A stretch of 64,000 nt of DNA from an uncultured Acidobacteriota bacterium (GTDB lineage: Bacteria > Acidobacteriota > Thermoanaerobaculia > Gp7-AA8): positions 704,001 through 768,000 of the forward strand of contig CAWGHO010000001.1 in NCBI GenBank assembly GCA_963822445.1, read 5' to 3'. Shown here piece by piece: positions 1 through 10,155 of the stretch. The notes beneath the pieces were generated by a model. The model had not been told where the DNA came from, did not search any database, and worked only from the letters and a program-made list of their open reading frames with translations. Numbering within the stretch: position 1 is the stretch's first letter; every line of letters starts with the position of its first letter. The position numbers and the translations under genes were made by a program.

Positions 1-565
1 CGACAAGCCCGTCAGCGACGACACGCTGCGCGAGATTTACGAGGTCATGAAGTTCGCGCCGACGAGCGCCAACAGCAATCCCACGCGGTTCGTGTTCGTC
101 CGGTCGCCTGAGGCGAAGGAACGGCTGAAGACCTCGCTGTCTCCTGGAAACGTGAAGAAGACGATGACCGCGCCGGTGACGGTGATCGTCGCGTACGACC
201 TGAAGTTCTTCGAAAAGCTGCCGAAACTCTTTCCTCACTCGCCGGCGATGCGCGAGAACTTCGCGTCGAATCCGCAGCTCGTCGAGACGACGGCGCGCCG
301 CAACTCCTCGCTGCAAGGCGCCTACTTCCTCCTCGCCGCCCGCGCGCTCGGCCTCGATTGCGGTCCGATGTCCGGTTTCGACAATGCCAAACTCGACGAG
401 GAGTTCTTCGGCGCCGGCAAATCGTGCGAAGGCTGCGATCAGGAGTTCTTCCCCGCCGGCCACGTCCGCTCGAACTTCCTCATCAATCTCGGCTACGGCG
501 ATCCCGCGAAACTGCACCCGCGTGAGCCGCGTCTCGATTTCGCCGAGGCTTGCTCGATCGTATGA
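1..565 (+). CDS. Nitroreductase family protein (RutE/YcdI-like), 5' end outside window
   Basis: Frame open from base 2; motifs [42 protein letters not shown]. Confidence 0.85.
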   Translation, partial: DKPVSDDTLREIYEVMKFAPTSANSNPTRFVFVRSPEAKERLKTSLSPGNVKKTMTAPVTVIVAYDLKFFEKLPKLFPHSPAMRENFASNPQLVETTARRNSSLQGAYFLLAARALGLDCGPMSGFDNAKLDEEFFGAGKSCEGCDQEFFPAGHVRSNFLINLGYGDPAKLHPREPRLDFAEACSIV

Positions 566-1392
566 AGCCGCGCAGCGTCAAAGCCCGGTACGGATCGATT
601 CGAGACGACATCGACGATCTCGTCACCCGCCGCCCGCTTCCGAACGAGCATCTCGATCAGCTCGATCCCTTTCTCTTTCTCAATCACCACGGCCCGCAGG
701 TTTATCCGCCGAACAATCGAGGCCTCCCCTTCGGACCGCATCCGCATCGCGGCTTTGAAACGGTGACGTTCATCGTCGAGGGATCCCTGCTGCATCGCGA
801 TACCGGCGGACACGAGAGCGCGATTCACGCGGGCGGCGTGCAGTGGATGACCGCCGGCCGCGGACTCGAGCACGCCGAGCTTTCGACGAAGGAGTTCCTG
901 CGCGACGGTGGTCCGCTGGAGATCCTCCAGCTCTGGGTGAACCTTCCGGCGCGTTTGAAATGGGTCGAGCCGCGCTACACGGGTCTGCAGAAGGCGGAGA
1001 TTCCGTCGTTCGTATCGGGCGGTGCGACGATCGATCTCATCTCCGGACAATGGGAACGGGAGATCGGTCCCATCGAATCGCTGACCGGTGTGCAGATGAT
1101 GACCGTGCGCGTCCCGGCGGGCATCTCGGTCACGCTGCCCGCGCCGCAAGGCCGCACCGTTTTCTTCTACATCGTGCGCGGCTCGCTGAACGTCGGCGAG
1201 CAATATCACCTCGTCGATTTCAACGACGACGGCGATGCGGTCGAAGTGGAAGCGCTGTCCGACGCGCTGATCCTCTTCGGGCATGGAGAGCCATACGGCG
1301 AGCCGGTCGTTGCCCACGGCCCGTTCGTGATGAACACGCGCGAGGAGATCGTCGAGGCCTTTCGCGACTATCAGATGGGGAAGTTCAGATAG
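562..1392 (+). CDS. Pirin family protein
   Basis: [45 protein letters not shown]; ATG overlaps upstream TGA (ATGA). Confidence 0.92.
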   Translation: MKPRSVKARYGSIRDDIDDLVTRRPLPNEHLDQLDPFLFLNHHGPQVYPPNNRGLPFGPHPHRGFETVTFIVEGSLLHRDTGGHESAIHAGGVQWMTAGRGLEHAELSTKEFLRDGGPLEILQLWVNLPARLKWVEPRYTGLQKAEIPSFVSGGATIDLISGQWEREIGPIESLTGVQMMTVRVPAGISVTLPAPQGRTVFFYIVRGSLNVGEQYHLVDFNDDGDAVEVEALSDALILFGHGEPYGEPVVAHGPFVMNTREEIVEAFRDYQMGKFR

Positions 1393-2634
1393 TCATCCCC
1401 GAGCGTTACGCGCGCGACTTCCAAGCCACAGGAACAGTGCGCCGAGGGCGCAGGCAATCGGACAGACCAGCAGCGAGAAACGCATCTGCTGCGGATCCGC
1501 TGCGACGCCGAGGGCATCGCTGATCCTGCCGATGAGCGGCGCGCCGAGACCGTACGCGGTGATGTTGATGATGGAGAAGAAGATCCCGATGCCGATCCCC
1601 CGAAGATGCGGTCCGGCGAGATCGTGAATGTCCGCCGTCGCCGGCCCGACCCACATCAACGCCAGGGCGTAGAGGACGACGTTCACCGCGAGCAGCAAGG
1701 GGATGTTGTTGATGAAGAGCATCGCCAGCCAGAGCGGCACGGACACCGCCGCGCCGATGGCCGTGAAGGACATCCGCGTGCGGAAGCGATCGGCGAAGAA
1801 TCCGGCCGAGGCCATGGCCGGAAATCCGACGAAGATCGCCAGCATGCCCGCCGCCGTGCCGACGACGGCGATCGACATCTCATGAACGCGGACGTAAAAG
1901 GTCGGACCCCAGATGCCGAGGTTGTTCGAGGCGATTCCTACGAAGGCGTAACCGGCGAACAGGAAGAGCAGCGGCTTGGAACGGAACAGCAGGCGCCAGT
2001 CGGTGTTGGCGCGCGTCGCCGGGGTCGATTCGGTGCGGCCGCGCGGCACTTCGCGCAGCATGAAGACGAGCACCGCCAGCAGCAGGCCGGGAAATCCGAG
2101 AAACCAGAACGCCGGCCGCCAGCCGTACGACTGGCCGATCCATCCGCCGAGGAAGTAGGCCAGGCCTCCGCCGACGGCGATGCCCGAGGAGTAGATCGAC
2201 TGCACCTTCGCGCGCATGCTCGTCGGAAAGTAATCGCTGAGCAGCGACAGCGCAGCGGGTCCGAGAGTGGCCTCGCCGACGCCCACCATCAACCGGCAGA
2301 GGAAGATCGTCCAGAAGCTATCGGCGAATCCGGTCAGGCCGGAGAAGAGACTCCAGATCGCCAGGCCGACGCCGATCATGTTTTTGCGCACCGTGCGGTC
2401 GGCCAGGCGCCCGAACGGGATCCCCAGCAGCGTGTAGAAGATGACGAACGACGTCGTTCCCAGCAGCGCGAGCTGCAGGTCCGAGAAGCCCATCTCCTTC
2501 TTCATCGGCGTGAAGAGGATGTAGATGAGCTGGCGGTCGAGGAAGTTGAGGACGTAGACCGCGGTGAGGACCGCCAGGGCGTACCAGGAGTAGCGGGGAG
2601 CGCGTTCGTCGACAGGCTCGGCGGTTACGGACAT
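1393..2634 (-). CDS. MFS transporter (spinster-like)
   Basis: LNFLDR, motif A GRLADRTVRK, GVGEA, about 12 hydrophobic segments. Confidence 0.92.
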   Translation of the reverse strand: MSVTAEPVDERAPRYSWYALAVLTAVYVLNFLDRQLIYILFTPMKKEMGFSDLQLALLGTTSFVIFYTLLGIPFGRLADRTVRKNMIGVGLAIWSLFSGLTGFADSFWTIFLCRLMVGVGEATLGPAALSLLSDYFPTSMRAKVQSIYSSGIAVGGGLAYFLGGWIGQSYGWRPAFWFLGFPGLLLAVLVFMLREVPRGRTESTPATRANTDWRLLFRSKPLLFLFAGYAFVGIASNNLGIWGPTFYVRVHEMSIAVVGTAAGMLAIFVGFPAMASAGFFADRFRTRMSFTAIGAAVSVPLWLAMLFINNIPLLLAVNVVLYALALMWVGPATADIHDLAGPHLRGIGIGIFFSIINITAYGLGAPLIGRISDALGVAADPQQMRFSLLVCPIACALGALFLWLGSRARNARG

Positions 2635-2850
2635 GGGCGGGAAGTGTAACCGACCGGCTGGCCGGTTTCGCGAAACAGCGGCGTTCGACAGGCAGCCGCC
2701 TTCCGAATTCGTTGCAGCGTAACGACCTGACCTCGGATGCCCAGATCCCGGTGCATGGGGCTGTGGAAAGCTGTGGAAATCAAAAGCAAACTGTAACAGC
2801 TAAATCCCTTGCATTACTGAACTTATGGATCTAGATTGACGCTCACCTCA

Positions 2851-3190
2851 GCACGGATGCGCTATCGGCGATGTCAACGTGAAGAGGTGGCCGAGAAGGA
2901 CCCGATAGGTCATCGAGGCAACGGTTTCGGCACGAACGCTCTATCGCGGATGTCAACGTGTCGAAGGCGGGTCGAAGTGGCGCGATAGGCCATCAGACAA
3001 CGGTTCCGGCACGAACGCTCTATCGCGGATGTCAACGTGCTGAAGCCGGTCGAAGTGGCGCGATAGGCCACCAGACAACGAGCTCCTGCACGAACGCTCT
3101 ATCGCGGATGTCAACGTGCTGAAGCTCGCCGAGAAGGCGCGATAGGTCTTCGAGGCACGGTTCGGTGCGAACGCGCTATCGCGGCGTAAC
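2851..3190. repeat. Non-coding tandem array, about 4.3 units of 79 bp
   Basis: Units start at 2851, 2930, 3009, 3088, 3165; core GCACGAACGCTCTATCGCGGATGTCAACGTG identical in the three central units. Confidence 0.9.
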
Positions 3191-3322
3191 ACACGGAACC
3201 GGTTGCGATCGACGCGATGGGTCGTCGCAACAAAATTTAGCGCGAATGCCCCTTTGTGGCTGTCAACGCGCTGAGAACGGCCTCGGGAGACAAAGGGTCC
3301 CGGGGCCATCTTCTTTTTGTGG

Positions 3323-3398
3323 CGTACGGCGGCCGTCCCGGCCGCTCATCGCCGGGCATCATGCCCGGCGAGACAGCGAGCGGGACGCTCGCCGTACG
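3323..3398. repeat. REP-like palindromic element
   Basis: CGTACGGCG...CGCCGTACG terminal inverted repeat around CGCCGGGCAT-C-ATGCCCGGCG hairpin, just downstream of the SGNH gene stop. Confidence 0.65.
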
Positions 3399-3400
3399 AA

Positions 3401-4168
3401 TCAGACCGGCGACAACTCCGGCCGCTTCGGTCCCCGCCCATCCCCCGACGACTTCCCCTGCGCGTGCCGCCAGATCCACGGCAGCAGATGGATGCGCAGC
3501 CACGCCAGCTCGGCGCGCGCGATGTCCATGACCGTCGGCGGCGCGCGATCCGGCAGCGGCGTGGCCCAGGAGTCATCAGTCCCCGGAAGACCGAGGTGGT
3601 ACGCGAGGGCGTCGGCGATGCGGGCGTGGCCGATCGAGTTCGCGTGCAGACGATCATCGGACCACAGCCGCGGATCGGAGGCGATCGGATGCGAGGCCAG
3701 ATCGACGACGATCGCGCCACTCCGCGCGCAGGCGCCGCGAATCGCTTCGTTCAACCGCAGCACGCGCTCCCCCATGATCTTCGCGATCGGCATCACGTCG
3801 CGAAGATCGGGAAGCGTGAAGATCATCACCGTCGCTCCCTGCTTCACGAGCGCGCTGAGCATCGCCTCGAGATCGGCGGCGAAAACGCTCGGATCGAATC
3901 GACGCCGCAACACATCGTTCGTTCCCGCGGAAACGGTCGCCAGATCGGGCCGCATCGCCAGCGCCGACGCGAGTTGCTCCTCGCGAATCTGGCGCGTCGT
4001 CCTTCCGCGAATGGCGAGGTTCGCGTAGAGCAACGATCCCTGCTGCGCGGCGATGCGCTCCGCGAGCCGGTTGGCCCAGCCGCGGTAGCCGCCCTGGCCA
4101 TCGGGATCGTCGAGGCCCTCGCTCGTGCTGTCGCCGATGGCGACGTATCGCTCGAACCGTTTCGTCAC
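3401..4168 (-). CDS. SGNH/GDSL hydrolase
   Basis: GDSTSEG, NLAIRG, GTND, DRLH blocks; GTG start overlaps pgm stop. Confidence 0.88.
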   Translation of the reverse strand: MTKRFERYVAIGDSTSEGLDDPDGQGGYRGWANRLAERIAAQQGSLLYANLAIRGRTTRQIREEQLASALAMRPDLATVSAGTNDVLRRRFDPSVFAADLEAMLSALVKQGATVMIFTLPDLRDVMPIAKIMGERVLRLNEAIRGACARSGAIVVDLASHPIASDPRLWSDDRLHANSIGHARIADALAYHLGLPGTDDSWATPLPDRAPPTVMDIARAELAWLRIHLLPWIWRHAQGKSSGDGRGPKRPELSPV

Positions 4169-5802
4169 GCCGGTCCCGCCAGCGCCGTCGTCACCAGCGC
4201 CTGCGCCTCGGTCTGAATCTGGCGCAGATGGTCCTCGCTGACGAAGCTCTCCGCGTAAATCTTGTAGATGTTCTCCGTGCCCGACGGCCTGGCGGCGAAC
4301 CAGCCGTTTCGCGTCGTGACCTTGAGGCCGCCGATCGCGTTTCCATCGCCGGGAGCATTCGTGAGAATGGCCTCGATCGCGTCGCCGGCCAGTTCCTTCG
4401 CCTTCACCTGCTCCGGCGCGAGCTTGCCGAGCAGCGCTTTCTGCTCCGGAGTGGCGGCGGCATCGGTCCGCGCGTAGAACGGCGCGCCGTGCTGCGCGGC
4501 GAGCTCGCGATACAACTCGCCCGGATCGCGGCCCGTTACCGCGGTCATCTCCGCGGCCAGCAGTCCCATGATGATTCCGTCCTTGTCGGTGGTCCACACG
4601 CTGCCATCGCGGCGCAGGAATGACGCCCCGGCGCTCTCTTCCCCACCGAATCCGAGCGTTCCGGCGAGCAAGCCGTCGACGAACCATTTGAAGCCGACCG
4701 GCACCTCGTACAGCTTCCGCCCCAGATGCGCCGCGACGCGATCGATGAGACTGCTGCTGACGACGGTCTTGCCGATCGCGGCGTCATCGCGCCAGTGCGG
4801 CCGGTGCGTGAACAGATAGGAGATCGCGACGGCGAGGTAGTGATTCGGATTGAGCAGCCCCGCGCTCGGCGTGACAATGCCGTGGCGATCGTTGTCCGTG
4901 TCGTTGCCGAAGGCTACGTCGAACTTGTCGCTGAGCGCGATCAGTCCCGCCATCGCGTGCGGCGACGAGCAATCCATCCGGATCTTCCCGTCCCAGTCGA
5001 GAGTCATGAAGCGGAACGTCGGATCGACAGACTCGTTCACGATCTCGATGTTCAGTCCGTACTTTTCGCGAATCACGCTCCAGTACGCGACACCCGCGCC
5101 GCCGAGCGGATCGACGCCGATGCGCAAGCCCGAGGCGCGAACAGCATCGAGATCGACCACCGATGACAGATCGCTGACATACGTAGCGATGTAATCGTGG
5201 CGATGGGTCGTCGATGCCGCGATCGCTTTGGCGAACGACACCCGCCGGATCGGCGACGAATCGTTCATCAGTCGATTGGCCGCTTCCTCGATCGATTTCG
5301 TGGCCGCGGTCTCGGAAGGCCCGCCATGCGGCGGGTTGTACTTGAACCCTCCATCCTCGGGCGGGTTGTGCGAAGGCGTGACCACGATGCCATCGGCGAG
5401 CGCCGATTTCCGTCCGCGGTTGTGCGTGAGGATCGCGTGCGAGACGACCGGCGTCGGCGTGTAGCCGCGGTTGCGGTCGATCATCACCTCGACTTCATTC
5501 GCCGCGAGCACCTCCATCGCCGACGCGAACGCCGGTTCGGACAAGGCATGCGTGTCGATGCCGAGGAACAGCGGGCCGTCGATGTTCTGCGCGCGGCGGT
5601 AGTCGCAGATGGCCTGCGTCGTCGCCAGGATGTGCAATTCGTTGAACGCAACCTTCAGCGACGAGCCGCGATGTCCCGACGTGCCGAACGCAACGCGCTG
5701 GTCACGTACGGAAGGATCGGGACGCTCGGTGTAGTACGTGGCGATGAGGCGCGGCACGTTCACGAGCATGTCCTCGCTCGGCCGCGATCCGGGTCTGGTC
5801 AT
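4165..5802 (-). CDS. pgm: Phosphoglucomutase (alpha-D-glucose phosphate-specific)
   Basis: [32 protein letters not shown]. Confidence 0.95.
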   Translation of the reverse strand: MTRPGSRPSEDMLVNVPRLIATYYTERPDPSVRDQRVAFGTSGHRGSSLKVAFNELHILATTQAICDYRRAQNIDGPLFLGIDTHALSEPAFASAMEVLAANEVEVMIDRNRGYTPTPVVSHAILTHNRGRKSALADGIVVTPSHNPPEDGGFKYNPPHGGPSETAATKSIEEAANRLMNDSSPIRRVSFAKAIAASTTHRHDYIATYVSDLSSVVDLDAVRASGLRIGVDPLGGAGVAYWSVIREKYGLNIEIVNESVDPTFRFMTLDWDGKIRMDCSSPHAMAGLIALSDKFDVAFGNDTDNDRHGIVTPSAGLLNPNHYLAVAISYLFTHRPHWRDDAAIGKTVVSSSLIDRVAAHLGRKLYEVPVGFKWFVDGLLAGTLGFGGEESAGASFLRRDGSVWTTDKDGIIMGLLAAEMTAVTGRDPGELYRELAAQHGAPFYARTDAAATPEQKALLGKLAPEQVKAKELAGDAIEAILTNAPGDGNAIGGLKVTTRNGWFAARPSGTENIYKIYAESFVSEDHLRQIQTEAQALVTTALAGPA

Positions 5803-5836
5803 TGTTCTTGTCACGGACCGGGAGCATATCCAGTTC

Positions 5837-6079
5837 TCACACCTGACGCAGGTTCGGAATCCCCAGCAGGTACGACCGGTCGCGCGGATCGATCCGCACC
5901 TGCGCACCGCGTGCGCCGAACTGGTACCGCTGCCCCGTCGCGGGGCCGACGACGATCATCGACGTCTCGCCGGTGTACTCGAATCTCACGGTCTTGTTCA
6001 TGGTGCCGGGCACCACCGAAGGCCGGCTGACGTTCACCGGTCCGCTCGCCGCGGCGCGTGCTTTTCCGCAACAGCTCAT
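5837..6079 (-). CDS. Small hypothetical protein (80 aa, N-terminal MSCCG)
   Basis: ATG overlaps stop of upstream gene; plausible protein [10 protein letters not shown]...[10 protein letters not shown]. Confidence 0.7.
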   Translation of the reverse strand: MSCCGKARAAASGPVNVSRPSVVPGTMNKTVRFEYTGETSMIVVGPATGQRYQFGARGAQVRIDPRDRSYLLGIPNLRQV

Positions 6080-6393
6080 GACTCGATCTCCTCTTCGTAA
6101 AAAGCTGCAGTGGTGCCGCGGGCCGTCGCGCGCTCCAGCAGGATGGCGGCGGCGGAGATGCTCAACCACAGCAGCACTCCGTCGCGCCAACCGGTCGCCA
6201 GCAGCACCGCGAACGGCACCGCGACCCACAAACTGAGACAGTAAAAACAATCGAGAAGCTGCCCGAGGAACCCGTCGCCGGCGAGCCGCCGGAAACGGGC
6301 CAGGATTTCTCCCGGCCCGTCCTCGGCATGCAGCAGGTGCGTCACCCGCCAGCAGCAGAGCGATCCAATGAGCAGCGACACGATCATCGTCAA
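6076..6393 (-). CDS. DUF1360-like small membrane protein
   Basis: WRVTHLLHAEDGP and LLDCFYCLSLW (CxxC), hydrophobic helices, translational coupling on both sides. Confidence 0.75.
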   Translation of the reverse strand: MTMIVSLLIGSLCCWRVTHLLHAEDGPGEILARFRRLAGDGFLGQLLDCFYCLSLWVAVPFAVLLATGWRDGVLLWLSISAAAILLERATARGTTAAFYEEEIES

Positions 6394-8612
6394 TCCACGC
6401 AGATCCCCAGGTCATCCTCGGCATGGAAGCTAGTGATACCGAAGTTCGGACCGCTGATGTAGCCGACCACCGTGCGATCCCACGCCTGGAACCGCAGCGC
6501 GTAACCGCACACCGTCGTCGCACGCATCGCGAAATCGCCGGTCTCGCCGCCGGTCGGCAGAACGGGATAGCCGCGGCTGACGGACGACGATCCGCTGACC
6601 GTGGTTCCGAAGCCGACCACCGCGCCGGGCAACGCCGGAATGATGCTGATGCTGACCGTCGAAAGATGCGGTGCCCCGAACGCCGTTCCCGGCGTGTCGC
6701 TGACCGTGTACGACCCGACGACTGTCGTGCCCGGCGTGGTCTTGTTGCACGTCGCCTCGACGGCGGCGCTCCACGACGCATTGATGACCGGCCCCGTGTT
6801 GTCGAGGAACACCGTGACCGCGCTGGGCGTGGTCTCGATCGCACCGTCGAGGAACGTCACCCGGATGTTCCAGAGCCCTTCATCGCCCGGTGTGGTGTGC
6901 CAGTAACCGAGGGTGTGATCTTCGATTTGGCGGCGCACGCCGCCGCTTTCGTAGTTCTGATACTTGTACCAGACCGCCCCGAGGCCGTCGCCGAGATCGA
7001 CCGGGGTCACGACCGGGAAGCACTCGACCTGGAATCCAGGACTCGGGCTGCAGTCGACGACGAACGAGCCGTTCTCTTCGAAGATGCGCAGCGTGACCGG
7101 GTTGGTCAGCGCGGTGTACGCCGAATCCGGCGCGGCCGCGCGTTTCACGTCGATGCGGTAGTAGCGGTCATACGTCTTCCAGCCGGGCAGCACGCCGCGA
7201 ATGGCGAGGATGCCGCCGAACGGCGCGTCACCTGCGCGGGTGAGACCGGTCGCGGGATCGATCTCGTTCGTGATCGGATCGGAGGAAACCGAGTAGCCGC
7301 TGATGTTCAGAAGCTGCGGGATTCCGACAGCCGTCGGATCGCCGGGGCGGAGCTGGATCAGCGTGTCGAACGCATTGCCCCAGTACGGCGTTTCGTCCGG
7401 ATCGGTCGATGACGGAGGCGTGGACCACGACAGCACCGCGCGCAGTTTCACGACCTTCGCGCCGCTCGCGCAGAGCTGCCGCCATACCGTCGTGTCGACG
7501 GGCAGATTGACGGCGTAGTGCACGCCACCAGCGGGCACGGACGGCAGGTCGTGGACCTGCACCGCGGTCATGCCCAGGAACTGCCAGCCGCCGACGTCCG
7601 CCCAGAACGCGACGTACTCCGTCGAGCCGGTCGTGCACAGCGAGCCGGAGTAGCCGTTCGACTGTTTGATGGTCACCACGGCGCCGACCGAATCTTCCTC
7701 GGGACGATAGCCGGCGCAGGTGACCTCCTCGTACTGCGTGGCGTCGTGCGTCGGGAACTGGATGATTTTGATGAGCTCATCGATCGCGCTCGGCTGCAGC
7801 TTGAGCGTGTCGAAGAGCGAGACCGACGATTGCGCCGCGAGCAGCAACGGCTTGGCCGCGGCGTTCTTCACTTCCGCGAACGCGAAGCGGTTGGGCGTCA
7901 CCTTGGTCTTGGCGTAGAGCTGGGACTTCTCGGACAGATCGAGCTTCTTCGGCGTGACTTTCAGCTCGGTGTCGAGATCGACGGACGAGAGAAACGCCTC
8001 GAGGCCGGGCTCGAGTTTTTGCAGCTTGACCAGGTCGGTGAAGTCGGCCCACAGCCGGCGATAGCGCGGCCGGAGCTGGACGTCGACGTCGAGGTTGTGA
8101 CCCCACACCGGCGGGTAGTCGGGCGTGTTGGCGGGCGGCGGCGCGCTCCAAGAGAGGATCGCCCGGATCTTCACCAGATTGCTGGCCGTGCAGTACTGCC
8201 GTGGCGGATCGAGAACCGGCACGCGCAGCGTGTAGCTGAGCGGCTTGTCGCCAGGGATGTCATGCACGCGCACGGAGGCGAGACCGAGGTCGGTCCAGTT
8301 GTTGGTGTTCGTGTAGTCGGCGTAGAAGCGGACGTACTCGTAGCTGCCGGTCGAGCAGATGCCGCCGCTGTAACCGGTGTCCTGCTTGATGTCGACCACC
8401 GCCTCGACGTAATCGAACTGCGGGTTGAGGCCGACGCAACGGAGCTGCTCGTACGTGGTCTGGTTGGCGAACGGCTTGGCAACGCCGCTCTTGAACGTGC
8501 TCTTCGGATCGTTTCCGAAGTAGTTGGGGTTCGCGAGCGTCAGCAGCGAAAAGTGCTGGCGCTCCTTCGGCAGGCGCGCAAGCGCCGCCTTGATCTTTCT
8601 GTCGGTAGCCAT
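6390..8612 (-). CDS. Uncharacterised 740-aa protein with an internally duplicated ~130-aa domain
   Basis: RBS GAGGAGGG; two copies of TxYE..C.G..P...IKQ..GYSG..C..GS.EYV.F...VHD.P...RA.LSW..PP...WG...QLRP. Confidence 0.88.
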   Translation of the reverse strand: MATDRKIKAALARLPKERQHFSLLTLANPNYFGNDPKSTFKSGVAKPFANQTTYEQLRCVGLNPQFDYVEAVVDIKQDTGYSGGICSTGSYEYVRFYADYTNTNNWTDLGLASVRVHDIPGDKPLSYTLRVPVLDPPRQYCTASNLVKIRAILSWSAPPPANTPDYPPVWGHNLDVDVQLRPRYRRLWADFTDLVKLQKLEPGLEAFLSSVDLDTELKVTPKKLDLSEKSQLYAKTKVTPNRFAFAEVKNAAAKPLLLAAQSSVSLFDTLKLQPSAIDELIKIIQFPTHDATQYEEVTCAGYRPEEDSVGAVVTIKQSNGYSGSLCTTGSTEYVAFWADVGGWQFLGMTAVQVHDLPSVPAGGVHYAVNLPVDTTVWRQLCASGAKVVKLRAVLSWSTPPSSTDPDETPYWGNAFDTLIQLRPGDPTAVGIPQLLNISGYSVSSDPITNEIDPATGLTRAGDAPFGGILAIRGVLPGWKTYDRYYRIDVKRAAAPDSAYTALTNPVTLRIFEENGSFVVDCSPSPGFQVECFPVVTPVDLGDGLGAVWYKYQNYESGGVRRQIEDHTLGYWHTTPGDEGLWNIRVTFLDGAIETTPSAVTVFLDNTGPVINASWSAAVEATCNKTTPGTTVVGSYTVSDTPGTAFGAPHLSTVSISIIPALPGAVVGFGTTVSGSSSVSRGYPVLPTGGETGDFAMRATTVCGYALRFQAWDRTVVGYISGPNFGITSFHAEDDLGICVD

Positions 8613-8753
8613 GGAACTCCCTCCTCAGGGGGTTGTTTAGCGAATCTGATTGAGCCGGCTGAGGAGGTAGTGACGACAGACGCGGAAACGTATCACCCAC
8701 AAGAGGCCGCGAACCGTGTCTATCTCTCGAGAAAGCCTTCAGGCGATCACGCG

Positions 8754-8972
8754 ATGAAATTCGATCAACGGGAATGGGTCAACGACCTTGCCGCTAGCGC
8801 GATAGCGGGTGCGATCGGCGGCGCGGTCATGGCCATGCTCGTGCCGAATCCGCCGATTCCCGACGCCACCGTCGCGGGAGGCATCGTTGGTTTGGTCACA
8901 GGCATGCTGATCCATCCGATCAAATGGTTGCTCGATCGGCGCGCGCGCGAAGGTCCGGAGGACAAGTCATGA
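8754..8972 (+). CDS. Small membrane protein (glycine-zipper-like)
   Basis: AIAGAIGGAVMA and VAGGIVGLVTG helices; stop overlaps next ATG. Confidence 0.6.
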   Translation: MKFDQREWVNDLAASAIAGAIGGAVMAMLVPNPPIPDATVAGGIVGLVTGMLIHPIKWLLDRRAREGPEDKS

Positions 8973-9274
8973 CCGCACAAACGCAGCATCCACAGCCTTT
9001 TCAGTTCCTGCCGATCCTCGCCGCCGCGTTCTATGGCGTTCTCGTCGCGACCGGCGCGTTGACACTCGTCCTCGTCGCCGCAGCGGCGATGAGTGGCGGC
9101 AGCGTGACCGATCTTTTCGCCGATGTCTTCCCTCGATTCCGCGGCGGCACGAACACGACGCGCATTCCCGGCCTCGGGTACGCCATCTTCATCATCTACA
9201 CAGTCGTTGCCTCGACGATCGCCGTTGTGAGCCGCCGCCGGTTTGCGCATCGATGGTCGCGCAGAGCGAGTTAG
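8969..9274 (+). CDS. Small two-TM membrane protein
   Basis: GGAGG upstream, two hydrophobic segments, basic C-terminus. Confidence 0.6.
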   Translation: MTAQTQHPQPFQFLPILAAAFYGVLVATGALTLVLVAAAAMSGGSVTDLFADVFPRFRGGTNTTRIPGLGYAIFIIYTVVASTIAVVSRRRFAHRWSRRAS

Positions 9275-9305
9275 CACTTCCTGACGCCGGGTGCAGAATG
9301 GCCAC

Positions 9306-9554
9306 ATGAATCCGCGGGACGAGCTCGCGAACGAACTGCGCAGCCAGGCCGTGCTCAAAGAGGAAACGGGGCAGATCACGGATGCGATCGCGCTTTGGAG
9401 CGAAGCAGGTCGGCTTTACGAGATGGTGAGTGTCGACGCCGGCGCGAAAGAGAGCGCACGCCGCGTGGCCCGGCTCAGTTCCGCGTCGTGGCGCGCGAAC
9501 CGGGCGTGCTCTCCTCGAGAACCTTGCGGAGATCCAGCTCTGTCGACTGCGTGA
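9306..9554 (+). pseudogene. Possible remnant or mini TPR-like helical protein
   Basis: ELANELRSQAVLKEETGQITDAIALWSEAGRLYE resembles a single TPR unit; 3' end runs into the convergent gene. Confidence 0.4.
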
Positions 9555-10134
9555 TGTCGGCTTTCAGAACCGTCCGCATCTGCTCGAGCGCGTGCCGGTT
9601 CTCCTCGGGCGTATTCGACGCAACGCAGTCGGCGGGCACGACGACGTTGAAGTCGCGCATGTACGCATCGTTCGCGCTGAAGAGGATGCAGATGTTGCCG
9701 GCCACACCGGTCAGGATGACGGTGGAGACGCCAAGGTAGGTCAGCAGCGTGTCGAGCGTGGTCGCGTAAAAGGCGGAGTGCTTGGGCTTGAGCACGAAGT
9801 AGTCATCGTCGTCCGGTTGCAGGATGCGCGCGACCTCTTCGCCGCGAACACCGTCGTTCAAACAGTGCTCGACCACCCGCCGAAAGTCCGACTGCCACCG
9901 CCCGAAGTTGTCGTTGCAGTAGATCGCCGGGATGCCCGCCTGCTTCGCTTTCTTTTTCAGCGCGGCGATGCGGTGAGCCATCGGCACCGCCTGGTCCACC
10001 AGCGCCTCGGCCCCCTCGAACTCCATGTCGTTGATCACGTCGATGAGGAGAAGCGCGACCGCCGAGTTCTCGGGCACGCTCCCGTGCAGGTCTTCGTTGT
10101 TGGCAGGCACGAGCGTTTCCAAAGCATGGCTCAC
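9475..10134 (-). CDS. Isochorismatase-family cysteine hydrolase
   Basis: Triad motifs LIDVIND, KPKHSAF, GNICI. Confidence 0.9.
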   Translation of the reverse strand: MSHALETLVPANNEDLHGSVPENSAVALLLIDVINDMEFEGAEALVDQAVPMAHRIAALKKKAKQAGIPAIYCNDNFGRWQSDFRRVVEHCLNDGVRGEEVARILQPDDDDYFVLKPKHSAFYATTLDTLLTYLGVSTVILTGVAGNICILFSANDAYMRDFNVVVPADCVASNTPEENRHALEQMRTVLKADITQSTELDLRKVLEESTPGSRATTRN

Positions 10135-10155
10135 GCCACTCTCTACAATGCCGTC

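Noticed and set aside
2755-2850. Chromosomal oriC
   Set aside because: Only two imperfect DnaA-like boxes and no dnaA/dnaN/gyrB context.
2851-3190. CRISPR array (31-bp repeat + ~48-bp spacer geometry, AT-rich leader)
   Set aside because: The spacers are homologous to each other, the hairpin spans repeat and spacer, and no cas gene is in the window.
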